Below, in pieces: positions 29,501-43,277 of a DNA stretch of 64,000 nt (its first letter is position 1; each line of letters begins with the position of its first letter). The notes beneath the pieces were generated by a model. It was not told where the DNA came from and did not search any database. It was given only the letters and a program-made list of their open reading frames with translations. Source of the stretch: Octopus vulgaris (lineage: Eukaryota); NCBI GenBank assembly GCA_951406725.2, contig OX597825.1:76880001-76944000 (forward strand). The letters run 5' to 3'. The position numbers and the translations under genes were made by a program.

Positions 29501-29657
29501 TACGACGGGCTTCTTTCAGTTTCCGTCAACCAAATCCAATCACAAGACTTTGGTCGGCCCGAGGCTATAGTAGAAGACACTTGCTCAAGGTACCATGCAA
29601 TGGGACTGAACCCGGAACCATGTGGTTGGTAAACAAGCTACTTACCACACAGCCACT
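29197..29657 (-). mobile_element. SINE family A, full length with internal (CA)n(TA)n
   Basis: Matches family A throughout. Confidence 0.85.
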
Positions 29658-30265
29658 TTATTTATTGTATATTTACTTTTTTGTTTATCTTGAGCCTTAT
29701 ACCTTTTAACAACGGAATGTAGCAATTAAAATAAGACGTAGAAAAATATTATTGATTAATTGGTTGCATCGCCCTTTATTTTCTGAGTTAGAATGTAAGA
29801 CTCAACTACTTCGAGCTGTTGTTATGCACAAGTCATTGCCGTTCTGTTGTCCATTCCGTAGGTAGTTAACTTCATCTTTTGTTAACTGCTAGGAAACTAG
29901 TGGAAAAGAAGAGAAAGAGTGAGTTTCGGTAAATAGAGAGGGTAAAAACTGTCTAGTCTCTCGCATAGGTTCCTTCCTCCGTCTGCACCGAAAGTAAGAA
30001 GGAAGAACTGAATTTGGTTACTGTATTTATATATGTTAGAAAGCTGAACGTAGGTCAGAGGACAATGGAAAGTAATGAGTTTGTCTTTCTCGAACTGTTT
30101 TTAACCTAAGAATGTTAACTGAAACAATATATCTTCACTGTGACAGTTGACTCTCATAAATTTCTAAGTGCAAAAGCCGAGAACAATAGGAAAGGAACTT
30201 GTAGGAAATGTAGATTCGGTTTTGAATCTTGGCTTAGAATTTAGGAAGCTATTCGTCACAGACTC

Positions 30266-31640
30266 ATCAGGTCACTTTACACTTAAGCGTCAAACCCTAA
30301 CCCCTAAATCCTAATCGTAATCCTAATCCAGATCAGGTCACTTTACATTTCAGTGTCAAAACCTAACCCCTAATCGTAACCCAGATTACGTCACTTTACA
30401 CTTCAGCGTCAAGTCCTAACCTCTAAATCCTAATCGTAATCCTAATCCAAATCCAGATCAGGTCACTTTACATTTCAGTGTCAAACCTTAACCCCTAATC
30501 GTAACCCAGATTACGTCACTTTACACTTCAGCGTCAAACCCTAACCCCTAAATCTTAACCGTAATTCTAATCCAGATCAGGTTACTTTACACTTCAGCGT
30601 CAAACCCTAACCCTAATCGTAACCCAGATTACGTCACTTTACACTTCAGCATCAAACCCTAACCTCTAAACCCTAACTCTAATCGTAACCCAGATTACGT
30701 CACTTTACACTTCAGCATCAAACCCTAACCTCTAAACCCTAACCCTAATCGTAACCCAGATTACGTCACTTTACACTTCAACGTCAAGCCCTAACCGCTA
30801 AACCCTAATCCTAATCGTAACCCAGATCAGGTTACTTAATTCTTCAGCGTCAAACCCTTACCATAAACCGTTACCCCTAATCCTAACCCAGATCAGGTCA
30901 CTTTACACTTAAGCATCAAACCCTAACCTCTAAATCCTAATCGTAATCCTAATCCAGATCAGGTCACTTTACATTTCAGTGTCAAACCTTAACCCCTAAT
31001 CGTAACCCAGATTACGTCACTTTACACTTCAGCGTCAAACAACCCCTAAATCTTAACCGTAATTCTAATCCAGATCAGGTTACTTTACACTTCAGCGTCA
31101 AACCCTAACCCTAATCGTAACCCAGATTACGTCACTTTACACTTCAGCATCAAACCCTAACCTCTAAACCCTAACCCTAATCGTAACCCAGATTACGTCA
31201 CTTTACACTTCAACGTCAAGCCCTAACCGCTAAACCCTAATCCTAATCGTAACCCAGATCAGGTTACTTAATTCTTCAGCGTCAAACCCTTACCATAAAC
31301 CGTTACCCCTAATCCTAACCCAGATCAGGTCACTTTACACTTAAGCATCAAACCCTAACCTCTAAATCCTAATCGTAATCCTAATCTAGATCAGGTCACT
31401 TTACACTTAAGCATCAAACCCTAACCTCTAAATCCTAATCGTAATCCTAATCCAGATCAGGTCACTTTACATTTCAGTGTCAAACCTTAACTCCTAATCG
31501 TAACCCAGATTACGTCACTTTACACTTCAGCATCAAACCCTAACCGCTAAACCCTAATCCCAGATCAGGTTACTTAATTCTTCGGCGTCAAACCCTTACC
31601 ATAAACCGTTACCCCTAATCCTAACCCAGGCCAGGTCCCT
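30266..31640. repeat. Telomere-motif minisatellite, about 22 monomers of 52-72 bp, with higher-order duplication
   Basis: Constant head CAGAT(C/T)A(G/C)GTCACTTTACACTTCAGCGTCAA plus a variable tail of CCCTAA/TCCTAA/TCGTAA hexamers. A variant monomer recurs at about 30823, 31255 and 31561. Confidence 0.92.
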
Positions 31641-32041
31641 TCACAGCCTGTACAACGGAGAGTGCGGTAGACCAGACGCTAAAATACCTTAGGCTGACAT
31701 TGCTGCCAGCTGGCCGCCCTCAACAAGTGAAAACGATAGCGTTTGTATAGAAATGTATTTGTAAGTTTTTCACACTTACGTTGGTTTGTTGGTCTTTGGT
31801 ACCGTATTAATGCGTTGTTGGTTTGGCTGCCGGGAGAATGGAAAGGAGAGAAGTAAGGAGAAAGGAAAGGAAGAAAGATAAAAGAGAAAGAAGAAAGGAG
31901 AGAAGAAAGGAAAGAAGTAAAGAAGGGATTGGGAGGACGGGGGAGATGTGTTTGTCTTTCTTGTAGGACAGAAATCGATAAGGTTAATAATACAAGGTGT
32001 GAGGCTTAGAACTTACGTGATTGATTTCCTATCTCTAACAC

Positions 32042-32101
<60 letters not shown>

Positions 32102-32279
32102 GCGCACAATCACAAATACACACACGCAATCACACATATAAACATACAATCATACACACACACATACACACAATCAGACACAGATATGTATATGAAAGTA
32201 TGTGTGTGTTTTTACGTGTGTCTGAGTTCTTGTATCCCTGTGTGTGTGTAGGTGTGTGTGTGTGTGTCTTTACTGTTCA

Positions 32280-32565
32280 ACAAAGCCCTGTGAGTGGATT
32301 TAGTAAACAGAAACTAAAAAGAAGCCCGTCATGTGTATATGTGTATGTGTGTGTGTGTGTATTTGTGTGTCTGTGTTTGCCCCCCCCCCCGTCAATTGTC
32401 AACCGATGTTGGTGTGTTTACATCCCGGTAACCTAGCGGTTCGGCAAAAGCGAGCGATAAAATAAGTACTAGGCTTACAAAGAATAAGTCCTGGAGTCGA
32501 TTTGTTCGACTAAAGGCAATGGTCCAGTATGGCCACAGTCAAATGACTGAAACAAGTAAAAGAAT
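32280..32565 (+). mobile_element. SINE family A, 5'-truncated
   Basis: Matches the 3' two-thirds of family A. Confidence 0.8.
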
Positions 32566-32593
32566 ATACATACATACATACATACATACATAC

Positions 32594-33685
32594 TGTTACG
32601 GGGGACCTCCGATCGAACGAAAGCTGTTATGGAATCCCTCACACAGGCCCGTTCGATCAGCGAATGTTCGCCACGTAAACTCGGAGAGGAGAGAGACAAC
32701 GACAACTACAACAACAGCCGCAGGAAGAGACACAGAGGCAATCGAGAGAGACACAAAGAAGGCAATTGGCTACGTTTAACAACTAGTTTATATGACTATT
32801 AATTGTTACAACATCAAATACATATCAGATATATTTGAAGAGGAAATACATGCAAGTAACAGAATCAACACATCACAGCATTTAAACAGCATTTAAAGAG
32901 TACACGTCGAATTAAACAACAACTCAATACATCATACAGGTATACCACAGATCAAAGCATTTAAACATGCAGATACAATATAACAGTCCGGAGACAACAG
33001 TTCTGTTTCAAATCACATTAAAGGCATATACACGATACAGTTCAGAGTTCTTTTACATTTCGATACATCGATTCTTTTTACTGTCTCATTTCTTTTGCAC
33101 TGTTCTTTTTAGCATTTTCTTTATAACCATCAACAACATAAACAATGTTCATTACACAGTTCTCTTTTACATAAACACCACAACTCTTTCCTTCTTTTTC
33201 TTCACATATCAATACAACAATTCACGTACCGTAGTTCCTCTCTATAATAGCCAATGTCTCATATTGTACCTCATCTCTCTTAGCACTGCTAAATCCAACT
33301 GCTAAACTGCTTGCCCTGAATACCAAATCCTCACTGCTAAATCCAACCGCTCGCCTTGACTCCCAAATACCGATTGTCTTGTCACTACCGCAATCACTCT
33401 TAGCTCTGCAATACTCTCTGCCTGTCTTCCTCAGCTCCCCCCATCCTCTCACTCTGCTGTCATCTCTCATGACAGCTCCCAGATTCCTTAATCTGTCTTC
33501 CTCGGCCCTCAACATTTCTCTCACCGTCTCTCACAAACTGAACTCTAATTCAACTGAAAGGGCCAAAGGTCCCCTAAAAGCCATCACTCTTCCGTGAACA
33601 AAGGACTAACTTTGTATTCTAGACTTTCAGTCTCCAAGCCAAGCAAAGTAGGTCGCCAGATCTGTCCTTAAGTTGAACCACAACA
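32594..33685. mobile_element. Solo LTR (Gypsy-like), 1092 bp
   Basis: Begins TGTT and ends AACA, flanked by 4-bp duplication ATAC (32590-32593 and 33686-33689) inside an (ATAC)n tract; no coding content. Confidence 0.75.
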
Positions 33686-34015
33686 ATACATACATATATA
33701 TATTGCACTATTTCGTGATGGTAAGATCAGCAAAAAAGAATCCCATCTGGTGAGAGATAAATATTATTATTTTTTTATGTTGAGCCATACCTTAAATATA
33801 TTCATCAGGCACAAACCACAAAACATAACGAACTGAACATTGGATTAGAGAAGAAACGCGAAAATCAGAGAAGGAAGAAAATAGAAGACGTTAAAAAACA
33901 TTAAAAAACCTAAAACAGAAGACCAAAAACCATCCATGTTGTCTGTATGCTTCCCTCTCGGCGTTTTCGCGCTTCTTCTCTCATTTAACTTTTTGTTCGT
34001 TATGATATGTGGTTT

Positions 34016-34070
34016 ATGCCTGATGATTGTGTGTAAAGTATTTCTCTACATATGAAACTATTAGTAGAAC
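34016..34070 (+). ncRNA. Hammerhead motif in the right arm of an old inverted-repeat element (about 33776-34070)
   Basis: CTGATGA-t-tGTGTGTA...TACATAT-GAAA-CTATTAG-TA. Inverted partner TCATCAGG at 33802. Stem I is decayed. Confidence 0.55.
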
Positions 34071-34114
34071 ATAAAGACATGTTTTATCTCTATTAAATAA
34101 TACACACACACACA

Positions 34115-34184
<70 letters not shown>

Positions 34185-34293
34185 TATATTACAACTGTAT
34201 AGTTTACATAAAACATTGCACGATATATATATATATATAAATAATTATTTTTTGTAATGAGATAAAAAACCAAGGCTGTGTAGATTTTAGAAC

Positions 34294-34357
<64 letters not shown>

Positions 34358-34465
34358 GTTCTAAAATGTATGTATGTATATATATATATATATATATATA
34401 TCTATATATATATATATACATACATACATAAATACATACATAAATACATACATAAATACATACAT

Positions 34466-34499
<34 letters not shown>

Positions 34500-34545
34500 T
34501 TGTAATAATTACGAGATCAAACCAAATAGTAATACTCAGAAATGC

Positions 34546-34621
34546 TTCAACTGAGGAAGGTCTTACGTACTACATACATTTTCTATTATATATCATGCAG
34601 GCCTGAAACGTACGTATTAAA
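34546..34621 (+). ncRNA. Type I hammerhead ribozyme motif
   Basis: TTCAA-CTGAGGA-AGGTCT...AGGCCT-GAAA-CGTACG-TA-TTAAA: intact core, 6-bp stem II, palindromic stem III, GUA triplet. Confidence 0.75.
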
Positions 34622-35512
34622 CGATGTCAAGATATCACTATTTGGCTTCATTTGTTTGTCACAGTCGTGCGTCTAGACGCCAATATAAACTAAGTACTCT
34701 TGACTCCACTTATGCGGATACTCTTACAACGATTTGAAGTAGTTTGTTATATTTCCCTTGAGTCGAAAATTCTGATACTGTGCACCGCTTCTCAGCGTAA
34801 CTATATATATATATTCGCCATGTGCAACTGAAGCCGTATTAGTTTAAATAGCAAATTGTATTTCATACAATCAACACCAAGCAATTGTTCTACCATCTCT
34901 AAAAGTAAAAATTTATTTGTTTTTGGAATTCAACGTGACTTTATTCGCATTTGTTGTTCAAATGCCACTGGCCACTCTGAATTATTTTACTTGGTTCAGT
35001 TTGCTTCATTCAAATATATTGATACGCATACCAATGTCTGTTGATCTATCTATATGTCTATCTGTCTGTCCATCTATCTATCCATCCATCCATCCATCCA
35101 TCTATCTATCTATCCATCTGTCTGTCTGTCTGTCTGTCTGTCTGCTTGTCGGTCTGTCTGTCAATCTAGCTATCTATCTCGCTGCAATGCAAAATGATAG
35201 AACGATTGTAAACAATGTATCAAAATTATTTCCTAACTGTATTCTTCGATATTTGTTATCATATTGGTGTTTGTGCGTGTGTATGTATGTATGGATGGAT
35301 GGACGGACAGATGGATGAATGGATGGGTGAATGAACTGAAGGATTTTCAGTCTTAATTGGTTTAAATATTTGTGTCTTTCACATGGTTTTGTAACATAAC
35401 CACTCTTGTCTGCAGGAGATATTTTCCCCCATTACATAGACTGAAATTCGCATCAAAATGCATTTTGATTTGCTTCCTAAGAATATAACTTCAAGTATCC
35501 ATCCATCCATCC

Positions 35513-35611
<99 letters not shown>

Positions 35612-36552
35612 ATTCTATCTCTCTATCAGTCTGTCTGTCTCTGGCGATGTCGATAAATAGTAATGAACAGCTGCATACGAACTTTGGTTAAGGGATACAG
35701 GATGCAAACACGTGTTCTATGAAACTCTCCACATGTACACATTCATACACACATTGACATCTATTTATATATACATACATATATACATATATTTACATAT
35801 ATATGCACATATATCACTTATATACACAATGTACATGTACATGCACACAAATGCATGCATATACACATATATATATATATATATATATACATACATGCAT
35901 ACATACACACACACACATATATGTATATATATATATAGAAGTGTACTTGTGTGTGTTTGTGTATGTGTGTGTATGTGTGCGCGCGTGTGAGTGTAAAACC
36001 TATTATATAATTTCTCTTATGGACGAAAACAAGGAAATAGGAAAATGTCAGGTCAATTTAGGCACCGTTGATTCTTTCTGTTAAGTAAACTCGCAGTGGG
36101 ATCCCTTTCCTTTGCTTTCCTTTTCTTTTCTTTTCTCCTTCTTATACAACAACTGTAACCCTTTTAAAGGTTCTTTTTAAAGACTTTCTGAGTACCACAT
36201 GCGTTGAAATCTCTTTAAATCTCTTTAAATAAATGTAACACATCATTGTTTGTAATTATAAGTAGCATTAAGGTGGCGAACTGGTAGAACTGTTAGTATG
36301 CCGGACAAAATGCTTAGCAGCATTTCGTTCGTCTTTACGTTCTGAGTTCAAATTCCACCCAGGTCGACTTTGCCTTTTATCCTTTCGGGGTCGATAAAAT
36401 AAGTACACCTCCACCAAAATTATTGGCCTTGTGCCAAAATTAGCATACTTCTCTTATGGGCAAATTAGATATATTGGTTTCGTATTTCTTGGAGCAGTTT
36501 CTCAGGCCCGAGAAGTGGAATTGTTATCTTCCGAGGTTCAGTACCCTCGTTT

Positions 36553-36585
36553 GCTTGAAGAAATATCCTTGTCCGAAACGTCGAG
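36553..36585 (+). ncRNA. Degenerate minimal hammerhead-like motif
   Basis: gcTTGAAGAaatatccttgtccGAAACGTCgag; stem II is decayed. Confidence 0.35.
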
Positions 36586-37075
36586 ACTCCCCGATCTCTT
36601 CTCAGAGCCACAAGACCGTGCATTTCCAAGTCTATATTATTTATCCTTAATTTGTTTCATTTTCACGTAACCCTTTCTGATGCATCTTCAGACCACCTAC
36701 CTGAACTATAAATTACTTTAGACATGGGAACAGCTTTCGGCCGTGTCTGCCATGTGAATCTCTTCTCGAAACTTCTCTGGCTATATATCTCTAATTCGAC
36801 GGTAAGTCACGTGGGTGGAACTGTTTGAAACTCTCCCCTAAATTGCACTTTGACTACGTTTTCAAACTTCCAGTAACACTTTATAATAAGTTTTCTTTGA
36901 TCAGAGCTAGTCTGGCTCCTTCCATTATTTCCAATGGATTAATTCTAAAAAGAACTGAAAATTAAGTGAACTATCTGCTGTTAAAGTATGCATAAACTTT
37001 ATATAAACTTAGGTGGTCGTGGGAAAAAACCCACGTGTATATACGTATATACACATACCTGTAATGTATATATAT

Positions 37076-37778
37076 ACTTCGGTGGTGGAAGTCTCGGGAC
37101 GTCCAGACCATGGGTCATCTTCAACACTCTCCCTTCCCCTCCTAACTGCAGCTTTCCACTTCTGCACTGTTAATAAAACTGAAGCCTTGTCCTTCAATGT
37201 ATCAACCGTGTCAACATGAATGTGGTCGGGGGCTAATCCTTTTCCCTGCAAGTACCCCATAACACCACGATGCTAAATTTTGACAATTTTTCAGAGAAGT
37301 CGCTGACAATAACTTTGAAATTTTCTTTGAACAGTCTGATGTCAGTTTACCTGGATAGAAACAATGCAGTTATTAATTGTTTGTTCCTTCTCGAGCCATG
37401 CCTGGCTCATAAGGGCCGGTTTCCCGGTTTCCTTGGCGTATAGGTTCCCCACCTGGATGGGACGCCGGTCAGTCGCAGGTGAGCTGCAAGATGCAGGAGG
37501 AAAGAATGAGAGAAAGTTGTGGCGAAAGAGTCAGTTCGCCATTACCTTCTGTCAGAGCCGCGTGGAGGATGGGTGTTCCGCTCATAAACACACAACACAC
37601 ATCGCCCAGTCTGAGATTCGAACCCGCGATCCCTCTACCGCGAGTCCGCTGCTCTAACCACTAGACCATATGCCTCCGCTGTTATTAATTAGAAGTATTG
37701 AAATGAATGCATGCAAGATATCACAGTTCAATCATAATTCCTTCTTGGTCAGCCTATGAACTTTTCAGCCCACTTTTC
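37076..37778 (-). mobile_element. Mariner 5' remnant (transposase HTH region) interrupted by a SINE
   Basis: Translation YLQGKGLAPDHIHVDTVDTLKDKA...TVQKW...RRGRESVEDDPWSGRP is typical of a mariner N-terminus; TIR-like end near 37750-37778. Confidence 0.75.
37379..37677 (-). mobile_element. tRNA-derived SINE (family C head, alternative tail), OR-like
   Basis: Minus-strand A box TGGTCTAGTGG and B box GGTTCGAATC; TSD GTTATTAATT on both sides. Confidence 0.8.
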
Positions 37779-38060
37779 AGAAGACATGAACTTAAACACC
37801 GATACTTAATCTTATCAAATTGCACTGGTGATACCGACATCAAATGGACAAATGCTTCTAACTCTCTTTTATTTGTTTCAGTCATTTGACTGCGGCCATG
37901 CTGGAGCACAACCTTTAATCGAGCAACTCGACCCCGGGACTTATTCTTTGTATGCCCAGTACTTATTCTATCGGTCACTTTGGCCGAACCGCTAAGTGAC
38001 GGGGACATAAACACACCAGCATCGGTTGTCAAGCGATGTTGGATGGGACAAACACACACG

Positions 38061-38115
<55 letters not shown>

Positions 38116-38118
<3 letters not shown>

Positions 38119-38375
38119 AAGAGTAAAAAATATATACAAACTGGGACAAGAACGTGAAACACCTAGAAGACGACACAAGAACCACAGGACGGGACATTCG
38201 AAGCCCTCAGTCATCAACTGGATCATCTTCGCAATTTCGGCTGATTAATCTTGAGATTGCTCCGACCTGGGCAGCCACCAAGGGAAATCTAAGCCAAGCG
38301 CATTAGATCCCTTGGAAGAAAGCCTCGAATGTATACAACACAAGGACGGAAAATGGACGATGTACACGAATAAAA

Positions 38376-38380
<5 letters not shown>
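38116..38380 (-). mobile_element. (TA)n-flanked short element nested in the internal microsatellite of a family A SINE (37862-38478)
   Basis: Reverse complement aligns to 41153-41320. Confidence 0.55.
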
Positions 38381-38462
<82 letters not shown>

Positions 38463-39064
38463 TACGACGGGCGTCTTGAACTCCAATTTAAAACGGTGAC
38501 CCGACATTTAACTGCGGCTCAGCTCAACGCTTTGGTAACTCGGATGTCTAACATGGAGGCATAACATAAGGCCGTATATCTGCCCATCTGCAAAGAAACA
38601 CAGGCAAAAAAGCGCAAAATAACTGACACATAAAGTGCTGCCATACTTTGCCTCAAAAATGCCTCCAGGAGCGAATAGCTCTCCTCACGCCGCGCCAGCT
38701 TTTAGCCAAGCTACAGGCAGGGTGTGGTCTAATGGAGAATTGCTGCTATTTTAAGTGGTTACGACGACCGACCTAAACCGCCTCACCCAGCGTTTGCTAC
38801 TGCTGCCACTGCTGCTGGTGGTGCTGCTGTTGCTATAACCGTTGCTGTTGGTGATGTTATGGTTACTCAGTAAGTGTGTGTGTGCGCGTGCAGTGAAATC
38901 TCTTCCGTTGTGTTTATTGATGTTAGTCCTGATTACGATTTGTCCGACATATTTGTTTGATAATTCACATCCCGTACCTCGGCTGGATGGGTGACATAAG
39001 TAAGGCAGTTTATCACTTTGGATATTGCGGATGTACTCGAGTATGTACATATACATATACATAC

Positions 39065-39130
<66 letters not shown>

Positions 39131-39156
39131 GTATATATATACACACACATATACAC

Positions 39157-39203
<47 letters not shown>

Positions 39204-39233
39204 TCTATATATATATACATATATATATATATG

Positions 39234-39270
<37 letters not shown>

Positions 39271-39388
39271 GTATGTATATATATGTATATATATATGTAT
39301 ACATATATATACATATATACGTATGCATGTATATGTGCATATATGTATACACACACATATATGCATATATATGTGTGCATATATATAT

Positions 39389-39445
<57 letters not shown>

Positions 39446-39709
39446 CTTAGGTATATGTGTATATGTATGCACGCATATTAAGTTACTAGTTATATAAATA
39501 CAATATGTGCGATAGATACAAGATATAATACATGTTAATATGTACGAACACACACATACACGTACAGACAGACACACGCACACACACGTGTCTGTGTGTT
39601 GTATGTGTGTATGTGTTTGTATGTATGAAATATAATTTATATATACATTTATACATATATATATGTATATATTCAAATGTATGTATGTATATATGTATAT
39701 ATATATACG

Positions 39710-39741
<32 letters not shown>

Positions 39742-40018
39742 TTATAAACTATATATATGTGTGTGTGTACATATGCATATATTGATATGTATAAACACAC
39801 ACACACACACACACACACATACGCACGCACACACACACATACGCACACACACACACACACGCACTCAGCGCCAACCATCAGATAACGTATACACACCCAA
39901 AGACTACAGTTCAGGTGTAGTCAGAAATATTGTTGTATGTATGCCAACAACAGCCAAGGTGAAGCAAAATTATTGTTGATGTTGTTATTGCTGTTAGTAT
40001 CATTATTATTCTTATCGC

Positions 40019-40052
<34 letters not shown>

Positions 40053-40626
40053 ATTCGTGGGAGAAATATTTTATTCTTCACGCATTTCAATGTCTACGTC
40101 TACTATTATAACTACCACCACCACCACCACCACCACTAATACCCCCATCTCCAGTACTACCACTACCACCACCACCACTACTACTACTACCACTAAGAGC
40201 AACACGACGACGACCATCACTACCACCACCACTACCACCACCACCACCATTACCATCACCATCATCACCGCCGCCACCACCACCATCATGTTCTGGTCAT
40301 AATTAATAACTGACCTTCGCTGTTGGTCATTGTTAGTACCTTTATAGTATATTACACATTGTTCTTTACCTGCTGGTCATAACTGGTTGTTGTTGGCACC
40401 GTAGCTTTATGTTGGTCAGTATTGATTCCAATCAGTTATATTATTCAGTATTGAACACTGCTTGTTGGCCACAGTGGATCATTTTAGTCAACACTAGTAT
40501 TTTTATAGGTCAGTATAGATATTTATAGCCTATATTCGTCAATATTGGCCACTATTTACTGTATGAGATAATATAGGTCAGTATTGGTCTATATTGGTAT
40601 TTCTAGGTCATATATACACACACATA

Positions 40627-40856
40627 CAGGCATGGCCAAAAGTCACCTGTCAGTAAATCAAAGCCATTTAATTCCAAGAGTTATTTATGTTTAACAACCG
40701 AATGAATTTAATAAAAGCATCAAGATATGAAACATCATGGACATTGTTCAAAGTGAAGTCCTTCTTGAGCGACACATTTTTCCATTCGAGTAAATACAGA
40801 ATTACAGATAGTATTTATGGAATTTTGATTTACTCTCGGATGACCTCAGACCAACC

Positions 40857-40859
<3 letters not shown>
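40627..40859. mobile_element. Tc1/mariner-type MITE
   Basis: TA-flanked imperfect TIRs of about 36 bp, CAGG...AGTAAATCAAA / TTTGATTTACT...CCTG. Confidence 0.7.
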
Positions 40860-40920
<61 letters not shown>

Positions 40921-40924
<4 letters not shown>

Positions 40925-41136
40925 ACGCCATGTTGGATCGTTAGCCCCTACACGCAATTTTTTTCTCTCCTTGTTTCTCTCCTTGTTTCTTTTCTGTGTA
41001 TCTTTCTGTTGAAGAGTGTAGGCTCGAAAGTGTAAAAGACTTGTTCTATTTCTATTCCTGAGCGCCATACTAATACATTGTTTGTTTGTACTCCACCTGC
41101 CTTCGTCTTTCGTTTATTTTCGTAAACCTTCCCGTT
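40921..41136 (+). mobile_element. (TA)n-flanked Penelope-like element with minimal variant hammerhead (41001-41039)
   Basis: TCTTT-CTGTTGA-A-GAG-tgtagg-CTC-GAAA-gt-GTA-AAAGA; stem I is 5 bp. Confidence 0.6.
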
Positions 41137-41152
41137 ATTATATATATATATA

Positions 41153-41318
41153 TGTAATCACCCGAAATTGCGAGGATAATCTGGTGCTTGACTGAGGAAA
41201 GAAAACTTCGAATGACCTGTCCTTGTTTACTTTGTGTCGTCTATCTGGATGTTTTGTTGTCCCTTTTTGTATCACCTAGCTGTCCGGATGTTTTGCATTC
41301 TTGTCCCATTTTGTATTT

Positions 41319-41320
<2 letters not shown>
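41153..41320 (+). mobile_element. (TA)n-flanked short element (family of 12811 and 38116)
   Basis: CTGAGGA-AAG-aaaa-CTT-CGAATGACC at 41192-41217. Confidence 0.5.
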
Positions 41321-41417
<97 letters not shown>

Positions 41418-41544
41418 GTGTATACACGTGCACGCGCATGTACGTTTGTTCTCTTTTAATTATTTAAACTCTTCCTCTGAAGAAGGAACTGGTTTCTATC
41501 AAAGATACGAATTTCCATCATCTTTGGAATGTAGATAACGAGAA

Positions 41545-42250
41545 GAATATTACATTTAAACTTGAAAAAGTCTTGCATATTTTTACTGTTCTGCTTACAG
41601 ATTGTATTTGTAATGTGCGAGTCAGTTGGCTGATTTCTTTTTCTGAAACTCCAAGCTTATCCAGCCTGACAAAACTAAGTGCTCCATTTCTTATTGGTAT
41701 AAATGTAAATTTATAATCTGGGTATTTAAGCTACATACCTCGAAGCAGTTGTCCATAGTTATCCACTTCTTTTTTATTTTTATTTTCAAAGAAATATTCA
41801 CATCAATAGGACAGCTGACCTCTATGAAGGTACATACATTTTCTTGTTTGTCCAAAACAACAATATCCGGCCTGTTATGCTTACACTCGACAAATATTTT
41901 GATATGAATGTTTTGATATGAATGTTCCGCCAGTATTCCTTTGTGCTGGTATTTGTCTATGTATTCGATAACTGGGGAATTCCTGGGCAGTCCTTTTTTC
42001 CGAATGGCGTCGTACATTGTTTTTGCAACAGCTTCGTGTTTCATGGGGAGATAATACCTTCATGACATTTTGGGGCAGCGGCTAATCACATGTGTGATGC
42101 CTTCCACAGAAATATGACATAATCTACATTTTTGGTTGCATCTTGGAACTCCAAGGGTTTCACTGTCTCTTCTGTTGATTAGGGATTTAGTAGCAATCTC
42201 CTGTTCTTGGATTGCAAATGCATAGCCTTGAAAGTGTGATGTGATGAAGT
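41545..42250 (-). pseudogene. Decayed 3' fragment of an RLE-type (R4/Dong-like) non-LTR retrotransposon ORF
   Basis: AIQEQEI, CRLC...THVISRC knuckle, HNRPDIVV and IEVSCP motifs, with stops and frameshifts. Confidence 0.8.
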
Positions 42251-42986
42251 CACAAATCCAAGAGAGGATTCACTTCATACCTTCTTTGAGGTATGTTAGC
42301 ATGGGGTTGTATGGAAGGTCATCCGAAAGAGGGTGCTTCCGGGGGAGGTTACTTCCGATATCCTTTTATTCTTTTGTTCTTTTATTTATATCAGTCATTT
42401 GACTGCGGCCATTCTGGAGCACCGCCTTTAGTCGACCAAACCGACCCAGGACTTATTCTTTGCAAGCCTAGTATTTATTCTATCGGGTTCGCTTGCCGAA
42501 CTGCTAGGTGACGGGGACGTAAACACACTACCATCGGTTGTCAAGTGATGTTGGGGGGAACAAAGACAGACACACAAAGTATAAACTAAAAGACCAAATC
42601 AGAACTCTATTTTTAGGCCACGGTTTCGAACCTTCAGCTTATATTGGTCAATATTAAAGGCAGCGTGCTTTTCCAGCGAATCTCGTATTTAAGATAAAGT
42701 TAGTCAATATTGGTATTTCTAGGTCAGAATATCTTGCTTCTATTGTTTATGAATTTTTTTGCTTGTTTTATTTACTGGGCAACTGCCAAGCTGGAGCAGC
42801 GTCTTGTGCGGCGGCTATTAGTCAGTCATATCAACCTCAGCACTTATTTTAAAGACTGTTCCATAACTTATAGCAATCTGTTTGTCGAACCTCTAAGTCA
42901 TTCACTGCGAGTACAGGACATTGATTTTTAAGTGGCTCCATCGTAAGTGTAAACATGGATACAGACGCTTATATGTACGTGCGCGC

Positions 42987-43196
42987 ACACACATGCACAC
43001 ACATGCACACACACGTACATACACATAGATATTTATGTGTCTACATATAGACATGTAAGCGTGTGTTTGCGCACATGTTTATGTCCCTCTGACACACATG
43101 CACACACATGCACACACACGTACATACACATAGATATTTATGTGTCTACATATAGACATGTAAGCGTGTGTTTGCGCACATGTTTATGTCCCTCTG
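42987..43196. repeat. Tandem duplication of about 105 bp
   Basis: Two near-identical copies, each ending ...TTTATGTCCCTCTG. Confidence 0.85.
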
Positions 43197-43224
43197 TCTC
43201 TGTCTGTCTACCTCTCTCTCTCTC

Positions 43225-43277
<53 letters not shown>

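Noticed and set aside
30266-31640. CRISPR-like look (constant repeat plus variable spacer)
   Set aside because: Spacers are related CCCTAA variants, there are no cas genes, and the context is eukaryotic.
33222-33524. 100-aa ORF
   Set aside because: Inside the solo LTR; no recognisable domain.
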